This document shows positions 13,201 to 25,200 of a stretch of 64,000 nt of DNA, piece after piece. The notes below the pieces were generated by a model. The model searched no databases and had not been told where the DNA came from. It saw nothing but the letters and a program-made list of their open reading frames with translations. This DNA comes from Podarcis cretensis (lineage: Eukaryota): contig OX638163.1 in the NCBI GenBank assembly GCA_951804945.1, positions 32,736,001 to 32,800,000 on the forward strand. Reading direction: 5' to 3'. The position numbers and the translations under genes were made by a program. Position 1 is the first letter of the stretch. Every line of letters starts with the position of its first letter.

Positions 13201-16200
13201 GATTCCTGATATAATTTGCATGTGAAACACCAGCAACGTGCTTATACAGTAATGTTATTGACGCAGTTGCCTTCCCTCGTTGCTGCAGGTGGAGCTCACG
13301 GCAGTTTCGAGTAGCGGCGGCAGTGCCCAAGGGTTTGAGGCAGAGGGCATCGTGGAGGAGGAACTCGGACCTACACTTAAGGAGCAGCCCTGCGAGCCAG
13401 ACTGTGCTGAGAAGGCCTTGAAGGGCGGCGATGCCAACCCAGGCAAAGTTAGGGAGGGCGGACTCACAAGGCCAGAGAGCAGCGGCAGCCCGGACTGTGC
13501 CCGGCCATCTGCTAAGGAGGCGGCAGAGGTCTCCCCTGCTTGCCCAAAGGCTCTGGAGAGCGAGCATTCAGCAAAGGAGAAGAGCACCCCAGCTGCTGGC
13601 ACAACCCTGACAGCTACCACCACAGCTGCCGCCGCCACGGCCACCAACAGCTGCAGCACTTTGACCTCTGCCCCAGCCACCTTCACCTTGAAAAGCGTCT
13701 GTTTCTCCACTTCTCAGGCCCCTGCTATGCAAAAAATGGCCCTCTCCTTCCCACCTGGAGCAGTCCTCGCCCCCAGCCAGCCCCTGGTTTACCTCCCACC
13801 TCTTCCGAGCCCGCTCGGGGTCCCGTCGGCCCTTGCCCTGCCCGTCATACCCTCCTTCCCACAAGACCCCTGCCTGCCTAGCCTTCTCGCCCCCTCTGAG
13901 CTGCGCTCTTACCCGTATGCCTTCTCCGTGGCCAGGGCTTTGGCCGCAGATCCCAAAGTGGCGCCTGTGGAGACAAGCCAGCTGAACTGCCCTGCCCCGT
14001 CAGGGGAGAGCAGCGCCCTTGCGGTCACTGGACCCTCCTCTGCTGTCGATGGCTCGGACCTCTCGCCCAGCACGCCTGCCTCGGCGGCAGCAGGTGCCAG
14101 CACTGTCCCGCTGTCAGTCGCCGCCAGCGTGCTCGCCAGGGCCCCGGCAGTCCCGGAACAGCTGCCCTCGGGTGTCCAGGCCTCCATCTCTCCGCTGAAA
14201 TCCCCCCCACAGCTGGAGCGTGAGATGGTCTCCCCGGAATGCAGCGAGATGCCCCTTGACCTTTCCGCCAAGTCAAACCGCCAGAAGCTGCCTCCTCCGA
14301 GCCAGCGCAAGACGCCCCCGATGCCTGTGTTGACCCCGGTGCACACCAGTGGCAAAGCACTGCTCACCACGGTCTTCTCAAAACCTCAGCGGGTGGCTCA
14401 GGCCATTGGCGGCCCAGGCACCGCTTCACCCTTTGTCATCTTCCCGGAGTTCCTCCGCAATGGGGAGCAGGGCTCCTGGGTGAAGAACTCGACCGCTCTC
14501 ATCAGCACCATCCCAGGCACCTATGTCGGGGTGGCCAACCCAGTCCCAGCTTCCATGCTGCTGGGCAAGGATTCTGGCTCCGGCCTTGGCAGAGACTCCC
14601 GCCATCTCGCCAAGCAGGAGCTCATTTCCATTGTTGACCAGGGAGAGCCTCGCAGTGGTGGGCTGCCTCCCGGGAAGAAGAGTGGTGGAGAGGGGCCGCC
14701 TGACCCCGCAAGGCAGCTCCTTCGTGGCCGGGGTGTCCCAGGGGCCCAGTTGCACCCTTCAAAGGAGCTGGCCATTTGGAGCCCCAGCCAGGGAAGCGTT
14801 TACCCTCGGTGCTCAGTCAACGGGAAGCCTGCCAGCCCCCAGCTGCTGCCCGTGGGGTGGTCGCCTTATCATCAGGGCCCTCTGCTTTCCATCGGCATCT
14901 CGGCAGCCGGGCAGCTGTGCCCGAGTCAAGTTGCCCCCTGCAAGCCAGCTGGCGCAGGCGAGCTGGCCACGTTCCCTGGTGTGCAGCTGATAGAGTCCTC
15001 CGCTGTGGTCCAGAAGCCCCCCGAAGCCCCCTCTCAGGGCAAGGGTTGTAAGGCAGCCTTGCCGAGCACAGCCAGCCCTTTGTGCATCTCACCAGCTCTT
15101 CAGACCAGCCTCCCAGACGCAAGGGGCTCCGAGGGTCTCATCCCAAAATACGACTCCGACAGACTCGAGGCTGACTTAGCAGCAGAGGCCACCCCGCAGC
15201 CCAAAGCTCCCCCAGAAGGCTGCAGCCGCAAGCGCCCCGGGGATGCCAAGCCTAAAAACCAGGTCTTGACTGCCTACCTATCTCACGGCCTTTCCTTAGC
15301 TAGCCAGCCAAGCGTGCGGACGACCTCTGAGACGCCTCTCCCAGGGAGCAAGCGCAAGGACCGGAAGTGCAGCAACGCGTCTCGGGATCAGCCGGCGGCA
15401 GAAGTCCCTCTCCGCAGTGTGCACCAGGTTGATCTTAGCCGCGTGAAGAAGGAACGGGTGGAGCCAGAGGTGCTGATCACGTCCACCACTTGTCTGCATG
15501 CTGGGGTGGCCTCAAGAAGCCCTCCGAAAGCCAAGCTCAAGGGGGTGGCCCACATCAAGGTCGAGGAGGGCTTCCCCTGCAAGTCCAAGCGGCAGCATGA
15601 CGGGCCAGAGCGCCTGACCCACAAGAAGCAGAAGTGCAGGGGCAGTGAGGAATCTCAGGCCCCCTGCAAATCAGACAGCCAGAACCTGCACACCCGCAAG
15701 GTGAGTGGCTTGCCCTGATGTGAAAACAGGGCTCACACCCAGCGTTTCCTGGAGCAGCATCTGAGGGGTGGCAAGGGTGAGATTGGGCTGAGGGTTAGGG
15801 AGTCCTCAGGGAGGACTGATCTCTTGCTGAGGACAAGGATAAAGATGAACTAGGAAAGTTGAACTTGAAAGATGTTGGAAGTCCTGCAGAGCTGCTTCCA
15901 ATACTACAGGAAGAAGAGAATCTTGCCTGGACAGCAGACAGAACCAGGAATTTCATGTGATAACACTGTGCATCTTAAATTATTTTGTGACTCTCCCTCG
16001 TGAGAAGTGCTTGCTTGATGCACGAGAGCACTATTAGGATCAGTGTCCATTATTAACACGAACGTCCTGGTTGGCCCGTGCTTATCATTTTAAAGCTCCT
16101 GCATGGCTTGGAAACCAGATTATCTCTTAGACTGTCTTCCTCCCTACCACTGTGACTGAAGTTCACTTCTGTAGCCTTTCTGAGGTGACCTGCCCTTCAA

Positions 16201-19200
16201 AGGCTAAGTGAATGGCAATAAGGGCAGTGAGAGACCTTTTCAGGTATTCCTATACACACACACACACACACACACACTTCCCCCAGGTGGCACCTGATTT
16301 GATGTCATTTCATCACCAGTTAAGACCTTTTCCATTTTCCCAGGTTTTAATTTTATTTATTTATTTTTTTACCTGCTAAGCAGATTGGGGTAGTGGTTTT
16401 TATTGCTGTGCCTTTTTCAAATCTGCTGGATCTCCCTAGCATTTCAGTTCCAGAGTTTTATTCTGCCTTGTGTTGTATTTCTGAAGTTTCATTTCAATTG
16501 CAAGCAGCCCTGGGGACATGGGAGCGCTGGAGGTGCGGGGTACAAATGTGGGGGAAAAAAATAATGTGGAACAAACCTGGCAAAGACCTCTCGCTTCCTC
16601 TCACCGCCAGTGTGTCTCTTCTGTGTCCACAGTGGCGGAAGTACCACAGCTCCCATGAGGTCAGCAAGCAAGAGAGCCGGTCGGGCTCCACGAAGGAGCA
16701 TGGCAGCCCCTGCGCCAAGCGCAAGCGCCGGAAGGCGTCTCCAGGGCATCATGGGCACAGCTGCGAAGAAGGTACAGGAGCCAGGTCTGGGCTCTGGCGA
16801 TTACCTTTCCTAAAAGTGTCCAACATCCATGGAAGACTCTCCTACGCTGAGTCTCTCTCTGCTGGGCACGGCCCATCTTTGCCTATCTCTTGAGAGAGGG
16901 ATCAAAATGGGAGTGAGCCCCCCTTAAAGGGCAGAGCTGCTACCTGCAGTGTGAGGGGTTTCTGTCCATCCTCTCTGGGGTATATGAGGCCCGTTCTCTG
17001 AATTTCTGGCTTGCTTCCTTAAAATACAATAGCGTGCCTAGCATTTTCCTTTCTTGTGAGGAAGCAAAATACGTGTAAGCAAAGGTTTAACAAACATCAA
17101 GCCTATTAGACAACTTAGATGCAGGTTTTTATTTTGTTTTATTGCAATTTCCTCTACCTCAGTTTTTGTTTGTGCAACCACGGCAGGACCACGTGCCTGT
17201 TGAGCTGGGCATGAGGGTACAAGCTGATGATAATGCAAATCAGAACACAACTGTCCTTTGGGTTTTGCACCTGGGGGGGTACTAAAATACGTTTTAAATG
17301 TGTATTTTATGTGGGCAGGAAGGGCGGGATAGAAATGAAAATTTTAAAGTATATTTTCCAATTAATGTGGAAGTGGGACAGAGCAGACTGAACGACTGAA
17401 CCCATGCACAGTTTGATCTGTTGTTCCCTAATCTCGAGTTGGGTGTCTGAAAACCCCCTTTTGGGTTTGTGGGCTCACTTTCCCAGCTTCACACCTGCTT
17501 GTGGCTAAGATCTCCTCTGGGGATGGGGGCAGGACAGAGGATGCACAGCTTCCCTGGACCAATAGTTGTATTTTTCCAGATGGCAGTTTAGTTTTCAGAG
17601 CTCTCTTCTTTTTCCTTTTCTTTCCCCACAACCAAACAATCCTCCTCAGCTTTTGTTGAGAAGAAATCAAAGAACAGTTTCCGGGACTTCATTCCTGTAG
17701 TGCTGAGCAGCCGGACACGCAGCCAGACAGGTGAGTGGCTGATTCATTGGACCTGGGGGAGGGGAACCTGGCTTTTTTTCAGGGGGTTGTGGTCTGTCTG
17801 AAACATATGCTTGTGTGTTGTGTGAAATCCTCTTAGCTTAGCTGCCTCGGTCCCCCAGTCCCTAAACAACCATGCAGAAAGAGACAAGCAATATCTGTAC
17901 TTTGGGTCAATTTAATTTTGAAACCAAGTGTGCAGGTTTTTGAGTTGCACTGGTCTCTTCCTCAGAGTGAATTTTGAAGGAAAATCAGCATCTGGATTTG
18001 CTAATTGTTTTGTTGTTGTTACTTGTGAAATTAATTATATATTAGGGGATTCCAAGAGGGAAAATTGGGCACGAAAGAGGGAGCTGTTGCTAAAGCTGAG
18101 ATCCTGAGGTGTAGTGCTTAATTCTGATTGAAGAGCGAGGGGGTCCTTTCCTTTCCTTCTTCCTGTAGGAAGCATGGGAGGCTCTTCTGTTAACATGTTG
18201 GAGGAGTGTGGCCAGGAAGAGCCAGTGGAAGAGGAGGAAGAAGAGAATGTCGAGGGAGAGGATGAGCTTGCCCTGAGGCATCGCAGGCTGAGAAAATCCC
18301 ACCGCCTCTCCCCCCACTCCGGCTGCAAAGACGGAGAGCGGTCACGGTCAGAGAAGAGCAGTTTCCACTCGCGCAAGAGTCAGGGGATGCCGTGGCAAGT
18401 GGACGCCACTCGGCAGCTGTGGAGCCGTAAGGAGGCAGAGGAGGAGAGCGGCCACATCAAGAGGAAAAAGAGGAGGAGGCAGAAAAGCTGGAAGTACCAG
18501 ACTGGAGAGTACTTGATAGAGCGGGAGAAAGAGGAGCACACGAGCTGTTGCCATAAGCGGCGGAAAATGAAAGCAGGTAGCGAAGGGGAGCCACCGGGAA
18601 CGGGCACAGGGCATGGCTGCAGGGCAGGGATCCTCAAGGCGGCAGCCCTTGGTGCAACTTCTACGCTGTCAGGCTAGTGTTACTTGGCCCTGTGGCAGCT
18701 TCGCATTTAACAATTCACTTAGTCGCCATGGGCAACCAGGAATCCCATGCAGGCGAGTGAGTGGGCTCGCAAAGGAGGCATGGACCTTTCTGCCTCTCCT
18801 CTGCCAACCTGCTTGGCAGAATGCAATTCTTAAAGAAAGCATAGCCCATGTTTCTTGCTGGCCATGGGGCAGGCTGGTAAATAAAAAACACAAATTTGTG
18901 GGCTGAGCCAGTCCATGCCAATACTTGTGACTGGGAGGGTTGTAAGGGGCAGAGAGGGAAACATTGTTCATCCTGTGTGCCCCCGCTGCTCACAGTGGTT
19001 GCCAGCACTCTTAGTTTGCCCACCATGTTTCTGTGCATGTGCAGTAGTAATAGCCCATGGAAACAGTGTGAACTTGGGACTGGCGGTCTCCCTTCCTCGG
19101 GTCTTCTGAGGTTTTACCAAGCATTGACCATGCATTTTGAACCATGTGCTGCAGTCTAAAGTTTGTCATCCTGCACTAAGTGCTGCACAAACTGCACACA

Positions 19201-22200
19201 GCTCTGCCTGTGCCTGAAACACCCCTGGTGGATACCCATCCAACTTCACTTCCCTAGCGGTTGTCAAAATAGACCTCACCAGCGTCTTAGCCTGCTTCTT
19301 TGTTGCTGAACGGCTGTTAAGTCTGTGGAGTGCCCTTTGAACAACTTATGCTGCAGCCGTCTCCTCCCTAGAATTTAAAAGGCAGTGCTTTATCAGAGAG
19401 GAAATAACAAGCAATTGTCCCTCTCCTTTCTGGCATCTTTTTTTAAGAAACAAAAACAAAAACAAAACCCTTTTAGGCCATTGGAAAGAAGAGGGACAAT
19501 TGCTCTTGCAGGCTTGCCAAATTAATCCTGCTGTCGGCTGCAGGAAGGCGTCCCTCTTCAGCCTGAGTGAGGACAAGTCTTCCGTAGTGGCACGGAGCAA
19601 GGCACAACTGTCCAGTTTGTCAGCTGCGGTAGCCACCAGGGGGCGGCTGCTTTGGCGTGGGCTTTGCTAGCAGGGGTGGAAAAAGCTGCGGAGTGCTTTG
19701 CGAAGAGCTTAAAGGCCTGGAAGCCTTAAGGGAGGACAGGGCCGCATGTATTGTGGGAAAACTCATTAAGCAGGAGGAAACTACGTAGAACTTCAAGCAC
19801 AGCTTCTCTTTGGGGCGATTGTGGACGTCTGCAGTGTATCTAACGGCGTGTGCTGCCAGTGGTGGGTCCGTCCACCAGTCTCTCTTCGTCCTCGTTTGTA
19901 TGCTAATTCTTTGCTTCTGGTCAAAGGTGTCAGTTTCCCAGAATCCTTTGCTTTTGCAGTTCTCTGGCCCGCTGAACCATCTTCCTTTCAAGTTGTTAGC
20001 AAAAGATCATGTATGTCGGTGGCATAATAATAAATGCAATAAAGCTACGGAACTCGCTGCCACGGTAATGTGGCAGTGGCTCAGAATAGAAGGGGGCTAG
20101 GGAAATAGGGATGCAGGTGGCGCTGTGGGTTAAAGCCTCAGCGCCTAGGACTTGCCGATCGAAAGGTCGGCGGTTCGAATCCCTGCGGCGGGGTGCGCTC
20201 CCGCTGCTCGGTCCCAGCGCCTGCCAACCTAGCAGTTCGAAAGCACCTCCGGGTGCAAGTAGATAAATAGGGACCGCTTACCAGCGGGAAGGTAAACGGC
20301 GTTTCTGTGTGCGGCTCTGGCTCGCCAGAGCAGCGATGTCACGCTGGCCACGTGACCCGGAAGTGTCTCCGGACAGCGCTGGCCCCTGGCCTCTTAAGTG
20401 AGATGGGCGCACAGCCCCAGAGTCTGTCAAGACTGGCCCGTACGGGCAGGGGTACCTTTACCTTTAGGGAAATAGGTGTGGAAGTTGTGACGTTAGTTCC
20501 ATTTCAGTTGGCTAAAATGGAGCAGTTGCTTAGCAGCACTCCATAGACTGAGGATACTGGACAGCTTCCTCTGACGTACCCACGGCTGGCTGATGGTATG
20601 CAAGGGGAGCAACCAAGAAGCTTGCTCTGAAACCTCTGCTGTTCCTTTCTTTTTCTACTCCCCACTTCTGTTTGCATGTTTGGGAGCTGATTCTGAGCCC
20701 TCCCGGAAGGGCTTCACAGGGATGTGTGCATTTGAGCCTCCTTTGTTCTGTTTAATCCTCCTCTGGCTTGCCTTGCAGACTTCAGGTACCGAAAGCACAA
20801 GGACGCTGTGCCGAGCAAAGGCTCAGACCTGTGTTTGAGGAGCAGGCTTTCTCCAACCCTCCAAGGACGCCTGGACTTCCACAACGGATTCCTCTTGGAT
20901 CACCCCGACTCGGCTCCCATCCAGGATGTGCTAGAGAAACCTTCCGGGAAACGCAAATGCAAAACCAAACACCTCTCAGGCATCTGTGAAGAGGGGAAGG
21001 TACAGTATTGCTTAGGAGGTGCTGGAGTTGATTTCGGGATAGGGTTAGACGGGTGCTGCACCCAGGGCTCTGTGGGAGTCTGAGCTACAAAACCAGGCTC
21101 AATCGCCACTTAAAAGGTTTAGCTAGCAGTTGCTGGGAAATAACTTATCTCGGTTGCCTGGGGCCTTGGGAAGTTGCCACTTGGTATTGCATACCAAGGA
21201 TGGGCAACCCATAACCCTCCTGGCTGGGGTGGGAGGGAGCTGAAGTGCCACAGGCAGCACATCCCTGCTGTCAACAGTATTAATTTAAGCATAACAAAGA
21301 GTCTCATCCTGGTTTACAGCTGCTCCCTCACTTCATAGGATCTGCCAGCATTTTTCATTTTATTTTAAAGGGCTCTCAATATGATCAGAGCAGAAGCCAG
21401 GTGTGTATGTGTTCAGAACCCAGATTGGCAATCTGATCTGCCCTCCTGTGCACAATGCAAAGGCAGAATGGATTACTGGGAGCCGAGTCCAGCGTTTGGG
21501 AGCCTCAGTTTTCTTTTCTTTTTTTTAAGATTTAACAAAATGTGAGTGATGCCTGTGAGATCCCAGTAAACTGGACTAGTGTGGTGTTGGAGAGTGTGAT
21601 TTACACTGCTGAGATTTCCGGACTTCCATATTGCATATCATTTTCTGCCCTTCTCCACAGCTAGCAGAAGCAGAATTGAGTGTGCATACAAAAGTAAACA
21701 TGTTATTGATGTAAACTGTGACCTTGTGGAATGGAAGCTTTTTTTGGTTTTTTTAGAGGTTCAGAATTCTTCTTCGCTTAGTCCTGTTCTGACACTAGTC
21801 TTCTTCCTCCCCAATCGTTCTCTGTGTTCCATTTTTTTTTAAAGGCCAAGGCACGCCTGAGCCAGTCCAAGACACGCTCTCCAAAGAAAGCTCGGGAACC
21901 CTGCTTGTTGAACAAGTCCCGGCAGCACAAATCAGAAAGAGCCCCTGAGTCCCCCGCAGCCCCGCTGGTGCCCCCTGAAGCTCGCCGACTGATTGTGAAC
22001 AAGAATGCCGGGGAGACACTGCTGCAGAGAGCAGCCCGGCTTGGCTACAAGGTGGGTGCCAGTTCTTGCGGGGGGGGGGCAGGGCTGGTAGATAAACAGC
22101 AGGAGACAAGTGCTGCCATTGTTTACTAATCTTGGGTTGGGGGTTCTTTCACCAGGATGTGGTGATGTACTGCCTGCAGAAGGAAAACAACGATGTCAAC

Positions 22201-25200
22201 CACAGGGACAACGCAGGCTACACAGCCCTGCACGAGGCCTGCGCTCGCGGCTGGGTGGACATCCTGCAGCTCTTGCTGGAGCATGGTGCAAATGTGAACT
22301 GCAGTGCACAGGATGGCACCAGGCAAGTCCACTGCTGCTGAGGAACCACAGTTGCCAGGGGCATGGCCAGGGGCTAAGAGGTCTGCTGACTCTGGGCCTC
22401 ATTTGGCCCGTTTTAGCTTCTGGATCTGTAACATTGACGAGTTAAGCCAGTGAAAGCTGCTGTGGTGCAGTACTTAAGAGTGTCAGATTTAGGGCAGAGG
22501 AGAGTCAGGTTCCATTGCCAACTCTGCCACTCTCTGGGCAATCTTGGACCAGCCATACCCTTTTTCATGAGGGTAAAGAGACGGGGGAGACCACGCAAAC
22601 TTCCTTGAGATCCTTGGGAGGAAAGGTGGGGTGGCAATTAAATAAATAAATGCAACCTACCGTGTCCATGTGCTCTAAGAGGGACATCTTGCACTGAATT
22701 TCAGCCAGTTCTGCAGGTTGAGAACTGTCTGCTGAAGTGGAGCTGCTCTCTATTTAAAAATCCCTGCACATAGAAAAATAGCATGCTAGGGAGGAGGCTC
22801 AGCAAGAATCCCTCCGCGGTCTTGAAAGCAGTCCAGTCCAGGCCGCACTCCATGATAAAGACGCGATGGATGGGCTGCTAATGCACTCACCTACCTTGAG
22901 GTGCATCGGTTCTTCAATGTCCCGAGCCCAAAGTGGCGGTGCCTGGATCTTTTATCGAGTAATTCCGGGGACTGAATTGTTGTCCCGCGTACTTGAAAGG
23001 CATGGGCTTTGCCATTGAGCTGTGGCTCCTTCATGTCTGGTACTTCTTTAAATCCTTGCAGCTCGGGGTAATTATTTATTAATAATATGGTCGTTGCTCA
23101 GTTACCAAGGACAGGGCCAGCAGCGGACATTTCTCCATATTCATTTCTCCCTATTTAAAATATGTAGCAGAGCACAGGACCCTTCCATCTACCTCAGCAT
23201 ATTGTTTACGCTGGCTGGCTGAGGCTGCCTGGTTTTTTCAGACGGGTCTCTCCCAGCCCTACCAGAAGCTCCTAGGGATTGAACCTGGAACCTCTTGTAG
23301 GCAAGCAGATGCTGAGCTTGCCGCCTGTCATTAACAGAGAGTACACAACACTTCACAAAGGCAAACAGGAGGGGTAGGGTCCCTTGCAGGTTCCTTAGGG
23401 GTGCCCTGATGGCTGGCCTATGGGGAAGGCCAGGGAGGAATGGGTGATCCCTGCTCAGCTCCAGCCTTTTGACTCTGTGAGATCCGATTTAAAACTCTTT
23501 GTCTCTTGGCAGGCCTGTCCATGACGCTGCAGCAAATGACAACTTGGAGATCATGTGGCTCCTGCTGTCTTACGGTGCTGACCCAACCCTGGCTACATAT
23601 TCGGGGCAGACTGCCCTGAAGCTGGCCAGCAGCGAAAACATGAAAAATTTCCTTAATGGTAGGTTTCCTTTTGTCAAAGGTAAGGCAGCAATTTTATTCC
23701 CCTGCACACAAACACACACCCTGGTCATTGGATACTAGATATGATGTGTGCGTTTCTGCAGTCGAAAATGCACATGGGTTTTGCAGGAAAAGTGCCTGGT
23801 TTGCACTAAAGGACATCATTCTGCAGGATATATGCATGTTTCTTTGGGTTGATTCTGGTGCATAGTTTTCCCTCTAAGGAGGGCTTTGGACGGATTCATG
23901 TTGGAGGGCTTTACCTTGAAAACTTTAGACTAGAATCCTACATGAATATTGCTAGAAGGTACTCGTGAGCAAAAGACGGAGATTTTTGCTCCATTAAAGG
24001 CTTGCAAAGTTCAGTGTGGATTTATCATAACATCACAATCTTTCGTGGTAAATCCACATTGAATTATGCCTTTAATCCAGGGTTTTCCAAACTTTGGTCT
24101 CCAGTTGTTTTTTTGGACTACAATTCCCATCATCCCTGACCACTGCTCCTACTAGCTTGGGGTGATGGGAGTTGTAGTCCAACGACAGCTGGAGGCACAA
24201 GTTTGGGAAACCCTGCTTTAATCAGTTTTTATGGCAAGGATTGTGGAACCTTCATCCTGCAGGCCAATTGTGGGTCCAGTTTGGCCCATGAGGCCATTTC
24301 CCCTAAACTGTGCCCTCTCTGGTCAGTCACCTGACATCACTTTGATGGGTGGGTGAAATCAGCTGATGGGCTGTGCCTGCCTGTTCCCCACATGGAGCTG
24401 GTATGCTCAGCCAAAGCATCAGTATTTTAAGTGCCCTCCCATCACCTGATGAGAGAGAGAGTTCAGTTCTGCTCCTTGCTGCTTCCTGGTGACTTTTTCC
24501 TTCCACAAGTTAACTTAAACAGGTGAGCAAGATTGCTTACTTAATGGTCACCCAATGGCAGATGGGTTGCCTCTGCCTACCTGTAAAAGTTCAGACACAA
24601 GGATGGGGAGAGATAAAATAACTGGCACACCAGGTCAAAAAGTCTGCCACCTTACTCTCTGGGAACCTTGCCTAAGCACCCGAAAACGCATTGATGTCTC
24701 AGCTTCCTTTATTCCATTTTATCTTCTTGCAGATTACCTCTTGGATCTGCAGGGTCGAGCTGAAGGGGACCCACATACAGCCTGGGATTTTTACAGCAGC
24801 ACTATAGTAGGTGAGTAGACCCCACCTACCTCTTTTCCCTGCTCCCTGGAACAACAGGTAATGGAGCTGGTCGGCTTCCCTCCATCCTTAGAGGCAGGAT
24901 GTTTGGCGCAAGGGATTGAAGTGCAGGGCATTTTTTTATTTCTTTCCCAAGCACTCTGTCTTTTGGTCCTGAGTGGAGGAGAAAGATCTTCAAAGATGTG
25001 TTTGAACCATTTTCTTCAAAAGGTGGGTGATTTTGCCCAGTTACTGCCCTTTGAAGAAACCGGTTTGGTTGCCCCTGCGGAAGAGCCTTCAAGCTCAAGA
25101 CGTGTTGGTCTCACAAGCGCACCTTGGGATGTTTCCTCCGTTCTTTGTTCCTTTGCTGGTGCCTTCCCTTCTTCAGCCTAGGCAGGGATAGGGAACCTGT

